Assembly: GCA_000002445.1 (NCBI GenBank)
Contig: CM000207.1
Coordinates: forward strand, 1,184,001 to 1,248,000
Reading direction: 5' to 3'
DNA from: Trypanosoma brucei
Lineage: Eukaryota
DNA length: 64,000 nt
Numbering within the stretch: position 1 is the first letter of the stretch; every line of letters begins with the position of its first letter. The notes under the pieces are model-generated. The model searched no databases and had not been told where the DNA came from. It saw nothing but the letters and a program-made list of their open reading frames with translations. Below are positions 9,869-18,979 of this stretch, in pieces. Made by a program: the position numbers and the translations under genes.

Positions 9869-11596
9869 TTACATAAGTATTCCAGATACATCGCTGGAAA
9901 ATACGTCCTCCGGCCCGAACTTGGCTCTGAAATCGAAAGAAACTCGCATGATAGCGGAGAAGTCGGGGGGTTCGCAGTGTGGCGTTGTGGAAAACTGGAG
10001 CAGGTTGTCATCAGAAAGTAACCGGATAGTAACACTTGGATTTAGTTTTTCCCACCTGCAGCGCCGTACCAATATTGGGCAGTGGCACCGCCCCTGTACA
10101 ACACCACCATCGCTGCCATCCTCAAACCTGCGCCGCATAAATAAGGCAACATATTCCAAAAGCGAAATGGCTTTACAACAACCCTCGTCAGTTGCAGCCT
10201 TCACAGAGAGGTATGCCGCAACTCGATCCGTGAGTGGGCCGCTGGACACCGTCAGTAAACCTTCGCTTCGTAGTGGACATGTCCAACGATATGAAGCTGA
10301 AATCAAACTGTGGCGGAGTGCGGCCAGAGGATAGTCGCGTGTTTGTGGCTTTACCGCGACAGGCCAACAACCGCCTCCACCCACATCTATTAACAGCCCC
10401 CAGCTGATTGTACAGAAATATAACACGCCCTCTTTTCCCAAATGCCAGGGACGCGGTACTGTGTTGAAACTCCAGAAACATAAACCATCCTCACGAAGTC
10501 GATGCGCTACTTGTATCGGTTTTGTCATCAGTTTCCTTCCGGTGCTGTGGGAGGAATTAGCCAGTACATCCCACAAACAGAATGACGGCATTAAGAAACA
10601 ATTCCCCGCCTCCTCTGAGCCAAAAAACGCGCTGAAGAGTGTGTAGAGGATAGATGTCGAATCGTCTGACCCGTAGAGACCACCGACTACAAACCACTCA
10701 ACCAGAAACAATGGAGGAACCGCATTTTCGTCTGAATCCACGTTTTGTAAACCACCAAAACGATACAATGACGAAATGGTCCGCTCTGCTGCGTCCAACA
10801 CTTCATCACTCTCATCACTCGCGGCGGCGTAAAACCATGCGGGTAGTGCCACCTCCCAGAGTGCGTTATAAAGTTGAACCTCCATTCCTCTGCTTTTATC
10901 AAAGTGGCACATTGCCGCAGTAAAAGTTTCGAAACATCGTGTGATACTCCCTACCTCATCTGGTGCAGTATGTTGCATGGCTGACATTACCTTGCACCTA
11001 AATGCGGGGTTGAGCCCAACTCGGCACGCCACAATAACACACGAAGTGGCATCCGGGCTCATAATATACGAACGGCGGTGGTTCCTTACTTTCGGGTTCG
11101 GAGAGAATATCGATAAACCGCACTCGGACTGCAATACAGTCATGACATCCGGTGCTCCACCGTTGATCAAAAACGTATTCTGGAAACATTGCGGTTGTGG
11201 CTGCTCCGTGCAACCAGATGGACCGGGGGTTTCCTTCACTTTCCTCAACTGTGCCTGCCCAAGCGGTTCCGAATCAAGAAGAAATTGCGGAGGTTCAGTA
11301 GGGTATTCAGATAATTTATCCGGAAGTGGGTGAAGGAACAGTGAGGGTCTCGGGAAGATCTCTTCTGTGTTAATATTTATTGCATCCCCATCATGAGTTG
11401 TTGCGCCGTACATGGAAGCGGCACCTTCTGCAGATGAAAAACCAACTACTTCGCACCGCTTTCTCACATAACGTTGCATGGCACTCGCCGATATTGCAAT
11501 CGCATAGTTGATGACCCTGGTCTCATTCACATTCGCGTCACCGAGCCCCTCACGCATCCGCTGAACTTCCGAAGCAGTCACATTATCAAAGGGCAT
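9869..11596 (-). CDS. Conserved hypothetical protein, ~575 aa from the first ATG. The ORF track begins 8 codons earlier at a GTG.
   Basis: Long minus-strand ORF. The first in-frame ATG is codon 9 (MPFDNVTASEVQRMREGLGDANV...). It contains a Gly-rich 'LIDVGGGGCWPVAVKP' segment. I do not confidently recognise the family. Its first ~49 codons and 5' flank are duplicated at 12829-12999. Confidence 0.6.
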   Translation of the reverse strand: MPFDNVTASEVQRMREGLGDANVNETRVINYAIAISASAMQRYVRKRCEVVGFSSAEGAASMYGATTHDGDAININTEEIFPRPSLFLHPLPDKLSEYPTEPPQFLLDSEPLGQAQLRKVKETPGPSGCTEQPQPQCFQNTFLINGGAPDVMTVLQSECGLSIFSPNPKVRNHRRSYIMSPDATSCVIVACRVGLNPAFRCKVMSAMQHTAPDEVGSITRCFETFTAAMCHFDKSRGMEVQLYNALWEVALPAWFYAAASDESDEVLDAAERTISSLYRFGGLQNVDSDENAVPPLFLVEWFVVGGLYGSDDSTSILYTLFSAFFGSEEAGNCFLMPSFCLWDVLANSSHSTGRKLMTKPIQVAHRLREDGLCFWSFNTVPRPWHLGKEGVLYFCTISWGLLIDVGGGGCWPVAVKPQTRDYPLAALRHSLISASYRWTCPLRSEGLLTVSSGPLTDRVAAYLSVKAATDEGCCKAISLLEYVALFMRRRFEDGSDGGVVQGRCHCPILVRRCRWEKLNPSVTIRLLSDDNLLQFSTTPHCEPPDFSAIMRVSFDFRAKFGPEDVFSSDVSGILM

Positions 11597-11931
11597 ACCT
11601 TTTTCCAATATTCCTTTCACCTCCTATTGCACGGATGCTAATGATCCGCTACGTAGTACATACACGCTACTTCATCAACCAAAAAATAAAATAAAAGATA
11701 ACAAGCAAAAGAACGGAAAGGAGGTGAAAGTAACTGAAAAGGTGGTATTTGGGGATGTAAAGGGGAATAAAAACAAAGGCACAGGGCCGTAACCAACAGC
11801 CAACGGAGAAGCTGTCAAGGGGGGCGTGCAACTGAAAAAAAAATGTTACAAAAGAAAATAGAAATGATAAAGGGCACAGTATGACTCAGGGAAAAGGCCC
11901 CTCCAATAGGTGGAGGCAGCCCTTAAAGGTC

Positions 11932-12516
11932 TTAACGGCGGCGACGGCGAACCATCGACTTCTTCTTTTTCTTGGCTTGGAAGATAATACCGTCATGTAC
12001 CTTCTCGAACCACTTCATGGCCTCCTCCTTACGGACACGGTGGTTGAAGCCCACACGGCTAACCCTGCGCTTCCGGTGCGCCACGCGCTCACCGCGGCGG
12101 CCGAGAACGACGTAGAAGTCCATACCATAGATACCGGTAGACGGATCATATTTGATACCAAGATCAATATGCTCTGAGATACCGAAGCCAAAGGAACCTG
12201 TGTCAGAGAAGTTGTAGCTCTTTAGCTCAAATTCCTTAACCTTCAGACCCTTTTCCAGTAGTTCCTCAGCCTTCTTGCCACGCACAGTGCAGTGCACGGC
12301 AATCTTTTCGTTACGCCGGATACCAAATGTACGGACCGTTAATCGCGCGCGGGACAGAACGGGAGTCTGTTCGCAGAGTTGCTCGAGCACCTTCGATGCA
12401 CGGGTGAGACGATCACCAGATTCACCCACGCAAATGTTAATGCAGAGCTTTTTTACGACAATCTCCCGCATCGGGTTTGCCGCCTTCTTCTCAGCGCTCA
12501 CCTTTGCCTCAGCCAT
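11932..12516 (-). CDS. RPL11: 60S ribosomal protein L11 (uL5), copy 1, 194 aa from the ATG. The ORF-track 'M1' is a TTG.
   Basis: '[85 protein letters not shown]' is a near-textbook uL5/L11 sequence. ATG at 12514-12516. Confidence 0.9.
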   Translation of the reverse strand: MAEAKVSAEKKAANPMREIVVKKLCINICVGESGDRLTRASKVLEQLCEQTPVLSRARLTVRTFGIRRNEKIAVHCTVRGKKAEELLEKGLKVKEFELKSYNFSDTGSFGFGISEHIDLGIKYDPSTGIYGMDFYVVLGRRGERVAHRKRRVSRVGFNHRVRKEEAMKWFEKVHDGIIFQAKKKKKSMVRRRRR

Positions 12517-12632
12517 TGTCAAGAACGGAGGCTATCCCTTTCTACAGCCACTACATGCGCAGGACAGTGGAGGGAGTGCATTACGGTAAAGTTCAAACCA
12601 ATAAATAAATAAGGGTGCGGTTGTATGTGTAT

Positions 12633-12662
12633 GGGGGGGAGGGGAGGAGGGAGGAAAGAAAC
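12633..12662 (-). promoter_or_regulatory. Polypyrimidine tract (sense strand) upstream of RPL11 copy 1
   Basis: Plus-strand purine run 'ggggggaggggaggagggaggaaagaaac' ~115-145 nt upstream of the ATG. It is duplicated at 14012-14041 for copy 2. Confidence 0.5.
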
Positions 12663-12746
12663 AACCAATTCAACTATAAAGCAGAAGGGTCTTCCGACAG
12701 CAATCACGTGAAACATACCAATTAAGAGCAACAATAGAAAATAACA

Positions 12747-12779
12747 CATGTATCCACAACTATATCCTGTGGATACATG
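12747..12779. other. Perfect 12-bp inverted repeat with a 9-nt spacer (catgtatccaca-actatatcc-tgtggatacatg) in the unique 120-bp junction between the two duplication copies.
   Basis: Direct reading: the left arm 12747-12758 is the exact reverse complement of the right arm 12768-12779. The motif 'gtatccacaac' recurs at 12813-12823, and the related 'catccacaacc' lies at the distal boundary (14093-14103). Confidence 0.85.
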
Positions 12780-12828
12780 CCAAAACGTTGCGATTATTAG
12801 AAATTTGACAAAACGTAGTATCCACAAC

Positions 12829-12999
12829 ATCGCACCGCTTTCTCACATAACGTTGCATGGCACTCGCCGATATTGCAATCGCATAGTTGATGACCCTGGT
12901 CTCATTCACATTCGCGTCACCGAGCCCCTCACGCATCCGCTGAACTTCCGAAGCAGTCACATTATCAAAGGGCATACCTTTTTCCAATATTCCTTTCAC
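12829..12999 (-). pseudogene. Truncated duplicate of the 5' end (first ~49 codons plus upstream flank) of the 9869-11596 gene. It is a gene fragment created by the tandem duplication.
   Basis: ORF 12760..12999 translates to the same N-terminus (MKGILEKGMPFDNVTASEVQRMREGLGDANVNETRVINYAIAISASAMQRYVRKRC) as the 9869..11620 ORF, then diverges at the breakpoint (…KRC-DVVDTTFC vs …KRC-EVVGFSS). Confidence 0.8.
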
Positions 13000-13310
13000 C
13001 TCCTATTGCACGGATGCTAATGATCCGCTACGTAGTACATACACGCTACTTCATCAACCAAAAAATAAAATAAAAGATAACAAGCAAAAGAACGGAAAGG
13101 AGGTGAAAGTAACTGAAAAGGTGGTATTTGGGGATGTAAAGGGGAATAAAAACAAAGGCACAGGGCCGTAACCAACAGCCAACGGAGAAGCTGTCAAGGG
13201 GGGCGTGCAACTGAAAAAAAAATGTTACAAAAGAAAATAGAAATGATAAAGGGCACAGTATGACTCAGGGAAAAGGCCCCTCCAATAGGTGGAGGCAGCC
13301 CTTAAAGGTC

Positions 13311-13895
13311 TTAACGGCGGCGACGGCGAACCATCGACTTCTTCTTTTTCTTGGCTTGGAAGATAATACCGTCATGTACCTTCTCGAACCACTTCATGGC
13401 CTCCTCCTTACGGACACGGTGGTTGAAGCCCACACGGCTAACCCTGCGCTTCCGGTGCGCCACGCGCTCACCGCGGCGGCCGAGAACGACGTAGAAGTCC
13501 ATACCATAGATACCGGTAGACGGATCATATTTGATACCAAGATCAATATGCTCTGAGATACCGAAGCCAAAGGAACCTGTGTCAGAGAAGTTGTAGCTCT
13601 TTAGCTCAAATTCCTTAACCTTCAGACCCTTTTCCAGTAGTTCCTCAGCCTTCTTGCCACGCACAGTGCAGTGCACGGCAATCTTTTCGTTACGCCGGAT
13701 ACCAAATGTACGGACCGTTAATCGCGCGCGGGACAGAACGGGAGTCTGTTCGCAGAGTTGCTCGAGCACCTTCGATGCACGGGTGAGACGATCACCAGAT
13801 TCACCCACGCAAATGTTAATGCAGAGCTTCTTTACGACAATCTCCCGCATCGGGTTTGCCGCCTTCTTCTCAGCGCTCACCTTTGCCTCAGCCAT
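13311..13895 (-). CDS. RPL11: 60S ribosomal protein L11 (uL5), copy 2. The protein is identical to copy 1.
   Basis: The ORF-track translation is identical to copy 1. ATG at 13893-13895. Confidence 0.9.
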   Translation of the reverse strand: MAEAKVSAEKKAANPMREIVVKKLCINICVGESGDRLTRASKVLEQLCEQTPVLSRARLTVRTFGIRRNEKIAVHCTVRGKKAEELLEKGLKVKEFELKSYNFSDTGSFGFGISEHIDLGIKYDPSTGIYGMDFYVVLGRRGERVAHRKRRVSRVGFNHRVRKEEAMKWFEKVHDGIIFQAKKKKKSMVRRRRR

Positions 13896-14298
13896 TGTCA
13901 AGAACGGAGGCTATCCCTTTCTACAGCCACTACATGCGCAGGACAGTGGAGGGAGTGCATTACGGTAAAGTTCAAACCAATAAATAAATAAGGGTGCGGT
14001 TGTATGTGTATGGGGGGGAGGGGAGGAGGGAGGAAAGAAACAACCAATTCAACTATAAAGCAGAAGGGTCTTCCGACAGCAATCACGGAATAACACATCC
14101 ACAACCTTGTATCTTTCGGCAAAAGCATGCGGTGACTGAAACTGTCAGGTTGGAATCTCCCTTCTTCAGTGTCTCGTCAAGATGAGAAGCAGCACGCAAC
14201 CGCCTGATGAAGGGAAAGTGGGGGAAAAAATACAAATATGTCCTCTACCTTCGTGCACGGAAGAGTCCCCGATAACGTCTTTAACGTCGCCAAGCAGT

Positions 14299-14868
14299 TC
14301 AATGCGTATCGGGTAAGTGACTGCACAACCAGTCTAAGCCCTCAAATAATCCTTCTCCAGTTTGAGCACAACATCCCTGAACATACCATTGGCGCTCGCG
14401 CAGCAATGGCCCGAGTCCCGCTGCACCCTGCTCGCGGAAGCCCAATTTATCAACAAGCTCTCCGGGTGTTAACCTATTGGGAAGATCCTGTTTGTTGCAA
14501 AATACTAGGAGAGTGGCCGAAGACAACAAAGGTTCTCCAAGCAACTTAGTCAACTCACTCCGCACTTCCATCACCCTATCCCGGTCATTACTGTCGACGA
14601 CAAAAATAATGGCATTGGCACCTTCATAGTAATGCTTCCAGAGGGAGCGAAGAAGCTTCTGCCCACCAACATCCCAAAGATGAAACTTCACGTTTCTATA
14701 TTCCACTGTCTGCACGTTGAATCCAAGCGTAGGCACTGTCTGCTGGACTTCGTTCAACTTTAACTTCCATAAAATTGTTGTTTTTCCAGCCGCATCAAGA
14801 CCCACCATGAGGATAGTTGCATCCTTCTTGGAGAAGAGCCCTTCGAACCAACTCAGCACGTTACCCAT
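14299..14868 (-). CDS. ARF-like small GTPase (ADP-ribosylation factor-like, ARL), 189 aa from the ATG. Gly2 is a predicted N-myristoylation site.
   Basis: Track codon 1 is a GTG and the true start is the next codon, ATG (MGNVLSW...). G1 'GLDAAGKTT', the switch/G3 'WDVGGQ' characteristic of the ARF/ARL family, and G4 'NKQD' are all present. Confidence 0.8.
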   Translation of the reverse strand: MGNVLSWFEGLFSKKDATILMVGLDAAGKTTILWKLKLNEVQQTVPTLGFNVQTVEYRNVKFHLWDVGGQKLLRSLWKHYYEGANAIIFVVDSNDRDRVMEVRSELTKLLGEPLLSSATLLVFCNKQDLPNRLTPGELVDKLGFREQGAAGLGPLLRERQWYVQGCCAQTGEGLFEGLDWLCSHLPDTH

Positions 14869-16103
14869 CACTGCTCGGGAAATTGGCCCTTTCCGTCACA
14901 AATCTTGAGTAATCTCTGACACTTCGGTGTTTTTTGTTGTTTTTTTTTTTTGACACCTTCGGCGATATTATGTTTTTGTCTTTTTTTTTTAATTGTTTTC
15001 GTTCCACGTGATGCCTGGCTAGAACAAACACGTACCTATGCTTTTATGGATGTTGCTGTGGTTGTTTTCAAGAATTGACGACGCAACAGCAGCAGCTGCA
15101 AACCGGACAGATAAGTCGTCACCAATCTCTCCTTTCCTCAGCCCGGGGTTCCTCCCGTCCAAAACAAAAACAAAAAATAATAATGATAATAATAATAATA
15201 AAACGGACTATTTTCCACTCCGCGTACCACTTTTGGTCTCCTCTCTTAACACTTTATTTGTGTTTATCTCCTTCCCTTTCTCTTCCTTTTCTTCTTCGGT
15301 TTGACTACACGCCTATGGTGTTCGTACTGCGGCAATTACAGTTTCCTCCCTTCTGCCGTCAGACAAACCCCTTTTGGCCCTGTCCTTTTCCACTTTCCTT
15401 TCGGCGAACCCACGAGAAATGACATCGATAGGGGTGAATGTTCATCCCCACACAAACACATACGCATACAAAGGAAGAAGTGATTTTAAAAAAAAAAGAA
15501 AGAAATTAATTGAGAGAAGTGTGCCACAGCTACGATGGCGATAGCGGTAATTAAAGAGCGCACAGATTTGAGGTCAGACACACCGCGTTAAATTGCAAAT
15601 GCTCGCACATTAGGGTGGGAAATGGACAGTATAATAAAGAGAGTGTGCAAACACAACCGCATTCAATCCTTTACTATAAAGGATAAGTTAGACAGTATTC
15701 TGTTAACCCAAAATAAATAAGAATAAAAGGAATGCGACGCAGTTAACAAATATTGTCTTGGCTTTCAGTTGCTTATATGACTAAAAAAAGAGATTCTCCT
15801 GCGGTGAGTCACCTTTTCCACCGGGTCACTGACACCTCCATTCTCCCTTTAAGGCGAGTTAAACGTTTCAGTTGGTATGACGAAACGGCAAAAGCACGTG
15901 CACAAACACCCGCATATGGTGTGCCCCGCGCTACTGATGCCACTCAAATTTTCACTTAGAAGGGTATGCATTTCTTTTTTTATTTTTTTTATTTTTATTT
16001 TTTTTGGGGGGGTACTCCTTATGTCGCCATTCACCAATAGCGGAAGGGACCTCAACACCGCATGCTAAGAAACCAACAATAAAGAGCACGAGATACTCCC
16101 AAC

Positions 16104-16811
16104 TTACCTCCACTGCACCTTCTTCTTTTCTTTGGAGCTCCTCAACTGTCCATTCCGCTTCAAGGCAGTTGTTACGGACTTTACTGGGGCTTTCCTGCTT
16201 TTCTTCGGTAACGGACTGATTGTCGTTTTACCCGCTAACAAAGCCTTCGTCTTAACTGTCGTTTCTTTCGCTGCGTCATTACACCCCAACACAAACTCTT
16301 CCATATCATTTTCTTCATTTTCCTCAGTCCTCATCCCTTTATCATTGCGGGCCTCTTCAGGTTTCGATTGGTTATGTTCCACTTGCTCTTTGGTCATACG
16401 CGCAACATCCTCAACGGAGAGGGCGTGACCCGCTACGGGAGTTGTGGCGCTGATAACTTCGTATTGGCACGTCACGGGATGTGGAGCGTCCGGGTTGCTC
16501 TTACCGTAGTAATTAGTGGTTGGCGGTTTAAGTTTCAGTGGCTTGTTGAAATCAGGCGACTCCCGTATAAGTTGCTCGTAGTTATTATTGAGGCCCTTGC
16601 ATGTGTGCGGGACGTTATGGTCCATTTGGGGGTTCACAAAATGAAAACGTGTCTCGGGATCCTGCAGCGGAACCTCACTCAAACCGCCCTCCGCCGCGAG
16701 TTTCAATTTCCCATTAAGGCGGCCAATGCGTTTTGAGACTGTTGCCGCTTCCAACTGCGCACGCTGACGGCGGTGCGCCTTCTTCCACTTTGAGCGGGTG
16801 GACTTCGCCAT
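16104..16811 (-). CDS. Basic, Lys-rich 235-aa protein whose N-terminal motif resembles LLP/LAPS18 (learning-associated protein homolog). It is probably nucleolar.
   Basis: ATG at 16809-16811. 'MAKSTRSKWKKAHRRQRAQ' resembles the LLP-family N-terminus 'MAKSxRSKWKRKxRAEKRK' (from memory). The C-terminus is Lys-rich. Confidence 0.4.
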   Translation of the reverse strand: MAKSTRSKWKKAHRRQRAQLEAATVSKRIGRLNGKLKLAAEGGLSEVPLQDPETRFHFVNPQMDHNVPHTCKGLNNNYEQLIRESPDFNKPLKLKPPTTNYYGKSNPDAPHPVTCQYEVISATTPVAGHALSVEDVARMTKEQVEHNQSKPEEARNDKGMRTEENEENDMEEFVLGCNDAAKETTVKTKALLAGKTTISPLPKKSRKAPVKSVTTALKRNGQLRSSKEKKKVQWR

Positions 16812-18212
16812 GATGTTGGTTCAACTCTACCCTCCCTAACCAGCTGGCTGTCAGTGGCGTGTAAAGTTAAAGGAGTTTATGTTTATTTATATATTTATTT
16901 TTTTTTAAAAATAGAAAGAAGAAAGAAGAGAAAGAAGGTGAAAAGGGACGGTAATGCATGGAAACAAGTCCAAGCAAACGGATAAACTGGGGGGGGGGAA
17001 GACATATCAGGTTGATAATTTCGTGGGAAGTCATGCATATGTAGAGTCAGGACGAAAGAAAGTGACGACATGAGCCACTCGTGCAAACACAAAATGAGCG
17101 AGGCTATTCCCTATTTTCCTTTTTCCTCTTTCTGGAAGGTGGAAAGGGGCTCCTGCGCGCGCTCACCATCGTTGCATGGATGCGGGAGCAGATCAGCTTT
17201 TTCACTGCATGTCGGTGTATGAACGTGTGTTTCTGTGTGTGTGTATTTTTTATGTGCGTGCTACCAGTCACACCGGAAGGGTAGCAATAAAGGGGGGAAA
17301 AGGTAGCAGGTAAGTAGTGAAAGAAACACAATAATTATAATGATAATAACAATTATAATAAAGACGGAAATAATAATAACGAGAAAACTTCCGGCCGCTT
17401 GCATGTGCCGCGTGTGCCTTACCGCCCCGGATTGTTAGAAGTTGGTCCAATGGTAGTAAAGACAACCCATCATACCAGTTGGAAGGAAAGAAAGAAAAGG
17501 GCAGATACACGACGGCGGAGAGAATACTGGATGAGCAAACAGCGAAAAATAAACGTAGTGAAAAAAAAAAGGAAGAGCAAAGCCAAATAAGTGTGTATGT
17601 ACGTGTCTGCGCAGCAAAGGAAAGGAGGAGGTGAAGTTATTCCACAAAAAGGACAAGATGGGACTAACGAATGAATACAAAACAAACTCCCCACTCATCT
17701 TCTCTTCGTTTCCTTCTTATGCGTACGCACATACGCACATACACCACATGCTGCCCACATTTTAGCCAGTAAAACCCTTCTTGGCAATGTGCACCTCACA
17801 ACTACCAAAGGGTTTTCACTGAGGAAAAAAAAAACCACTTGTACATCCGTTTAGCGCACATCCTTTTCTTTTTCTCCCCTCTTCCTCTCCCCATGTTTAC
17901 CTGCGCGGCAACTGGGAACGAAAACGAAAAAAAAAAGTTCATAAAAGTCACAACGAAAATGATTAAAAGATGGACCCCATGTGGACCAAACACACACACG
18001 CGCACACAAAAGTGGAATAAAGAGGAGGGGGAAAAAAAAGTAGAAAAAAGAAAAGAAGGAAGAATACGGAGTCATACATGACAGGCATTGCAGGGAGAGG
18101 GGTGAAAGAGGGATAGTTAAGACTAACAGCGCAAAAACAATAACAACAACAACAACAACAGTCACATGACAAGTACAAAAGAGAGGGAAAGGAGGAGTAG
18201 AGGAAAAGGTGC

Positions 18213-18248
18213 ATGTGCGTGTGCGTGTGCGTGTGTGTGTGCGCGCGT
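18213..18248. repeat. (GT)/(GC) dinucleotide repeat, gtgcgtgtgcgtgtgtgtgtgcgcgcg
   Basis: Direct reading. An adjacent (AAC)n run lies at ~18139-18160. Confidence 0.85.
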
Positions 18249-18979
18249 AAGGAAAGAAAAAAATGAAAAATGTAATATAATACGAATGCGCACAAACACG
18301 TACAATTCTCTCCCTCTCAGCCACACTTATATTAACCTATACAAGCACACGCTCACATATACGCACATACCCATACACGAATACACATAAATATATACGT
18401 ATGTGTACGTGCGTCCGCACATTATCTCCTCCACTTTGGCATTCGTGCCTCCTTTTTTACCCTCTTTCTTTCGAAAACAATTTTCGGTCCCCACCCCGCC
18501 CCTTCAAAAACAAAAACAAAACAACTCTTTAAGCAGAAGGTAGCGCGGGGATTGCATCTCCCACCGTTCGTTGTCGTTCATTTCACTATACTTCCCTCCT
18601 GTCTTAACCTCCTTTTTCACTTCCACTCCCTTCTTCACCAAACAAAATTTCTCCTCTCCCTCCCATATCACTTTGACGAACAAACAAACAAACGAGAGGG
18701 GAGGAAACCTTTTATTAGTCATAATTGTGCGTTTCGATGCAATAAAATAGTAAAAAAAAAAAAGAAAACTAGTTGACTACCCACAACGATTCACAACCCT
18801 CACTTTTCCCACCTTCCATCGTACATGCAACTCATTTCTCCTTTCTCTCAACCTCTCGTGTTTCAACTGAGTATGCGAGGCGACACACCTTGTCTTACAC
18901 GGTGTGCTGCTTCTAACCCAGCAATCAAACATCATTCAATAAGCTCATTATCCCCTCTTTTGTCACCCAAGTAAGGTTT

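Larger units (their letters stand above)
11450..12708. repeat. Tandem segmental duplication, copy 1 (1259 bp shared, period 1379 bp). It contains RPL11 copy 1, its flanks and the 5' end of the 9869-11596 gene.
   Basis: Direct comparison shows 11450-12708 is near-identical to 12829-14087 (cgcaccgctttctcacataacgttgcatggcactcgcc ... gcaatcacg). The only difference seen in the CDS is one synonymous change (gagctttttta vs gagcttcttta). Confidence 0.9.
12829..14087. repeat. Tandem segmental duplication, copy 2
   Basis: See copy 1. The boundaries are where identity is lost (12828/12829 and 14087/14088). Confidence 0.9.

Noticed and set aside
9819-10334. 171-aa plus-strand ORF overlapping the 9869-11596 gene. 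Likewise 41090..41599 lies antisense to spermidine synthase, 42235..42897 antisense to the TM-protein gene, 35484..35978 out of frame within the phosphatase gene, and 23892..24302 and 24142..24639 overlap the NTase gene.
   Set aside because: Each lies within or overlaps a longer ORF that has recognisable domains and the array's orientation. None has its own recognisable motif. Overlapping antisense ORFs are expected by chance in GC-balanced coding DNA.
11597-11620. N-terminal extensions in the ORF track. Affected ORFs are 9869..11620, 11932..12522, 14299..14871, 18980..24568, 43703..44164, 61596..62468 and 44337..46823.
   Set aside because: The track treats GTG and TTG as Met. The reverse complement at each ORF end (for example cac at 11618-11620 and caa at 12520-12522) is not ATG. 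The starts were therefore moved to the first in-frame ATG.
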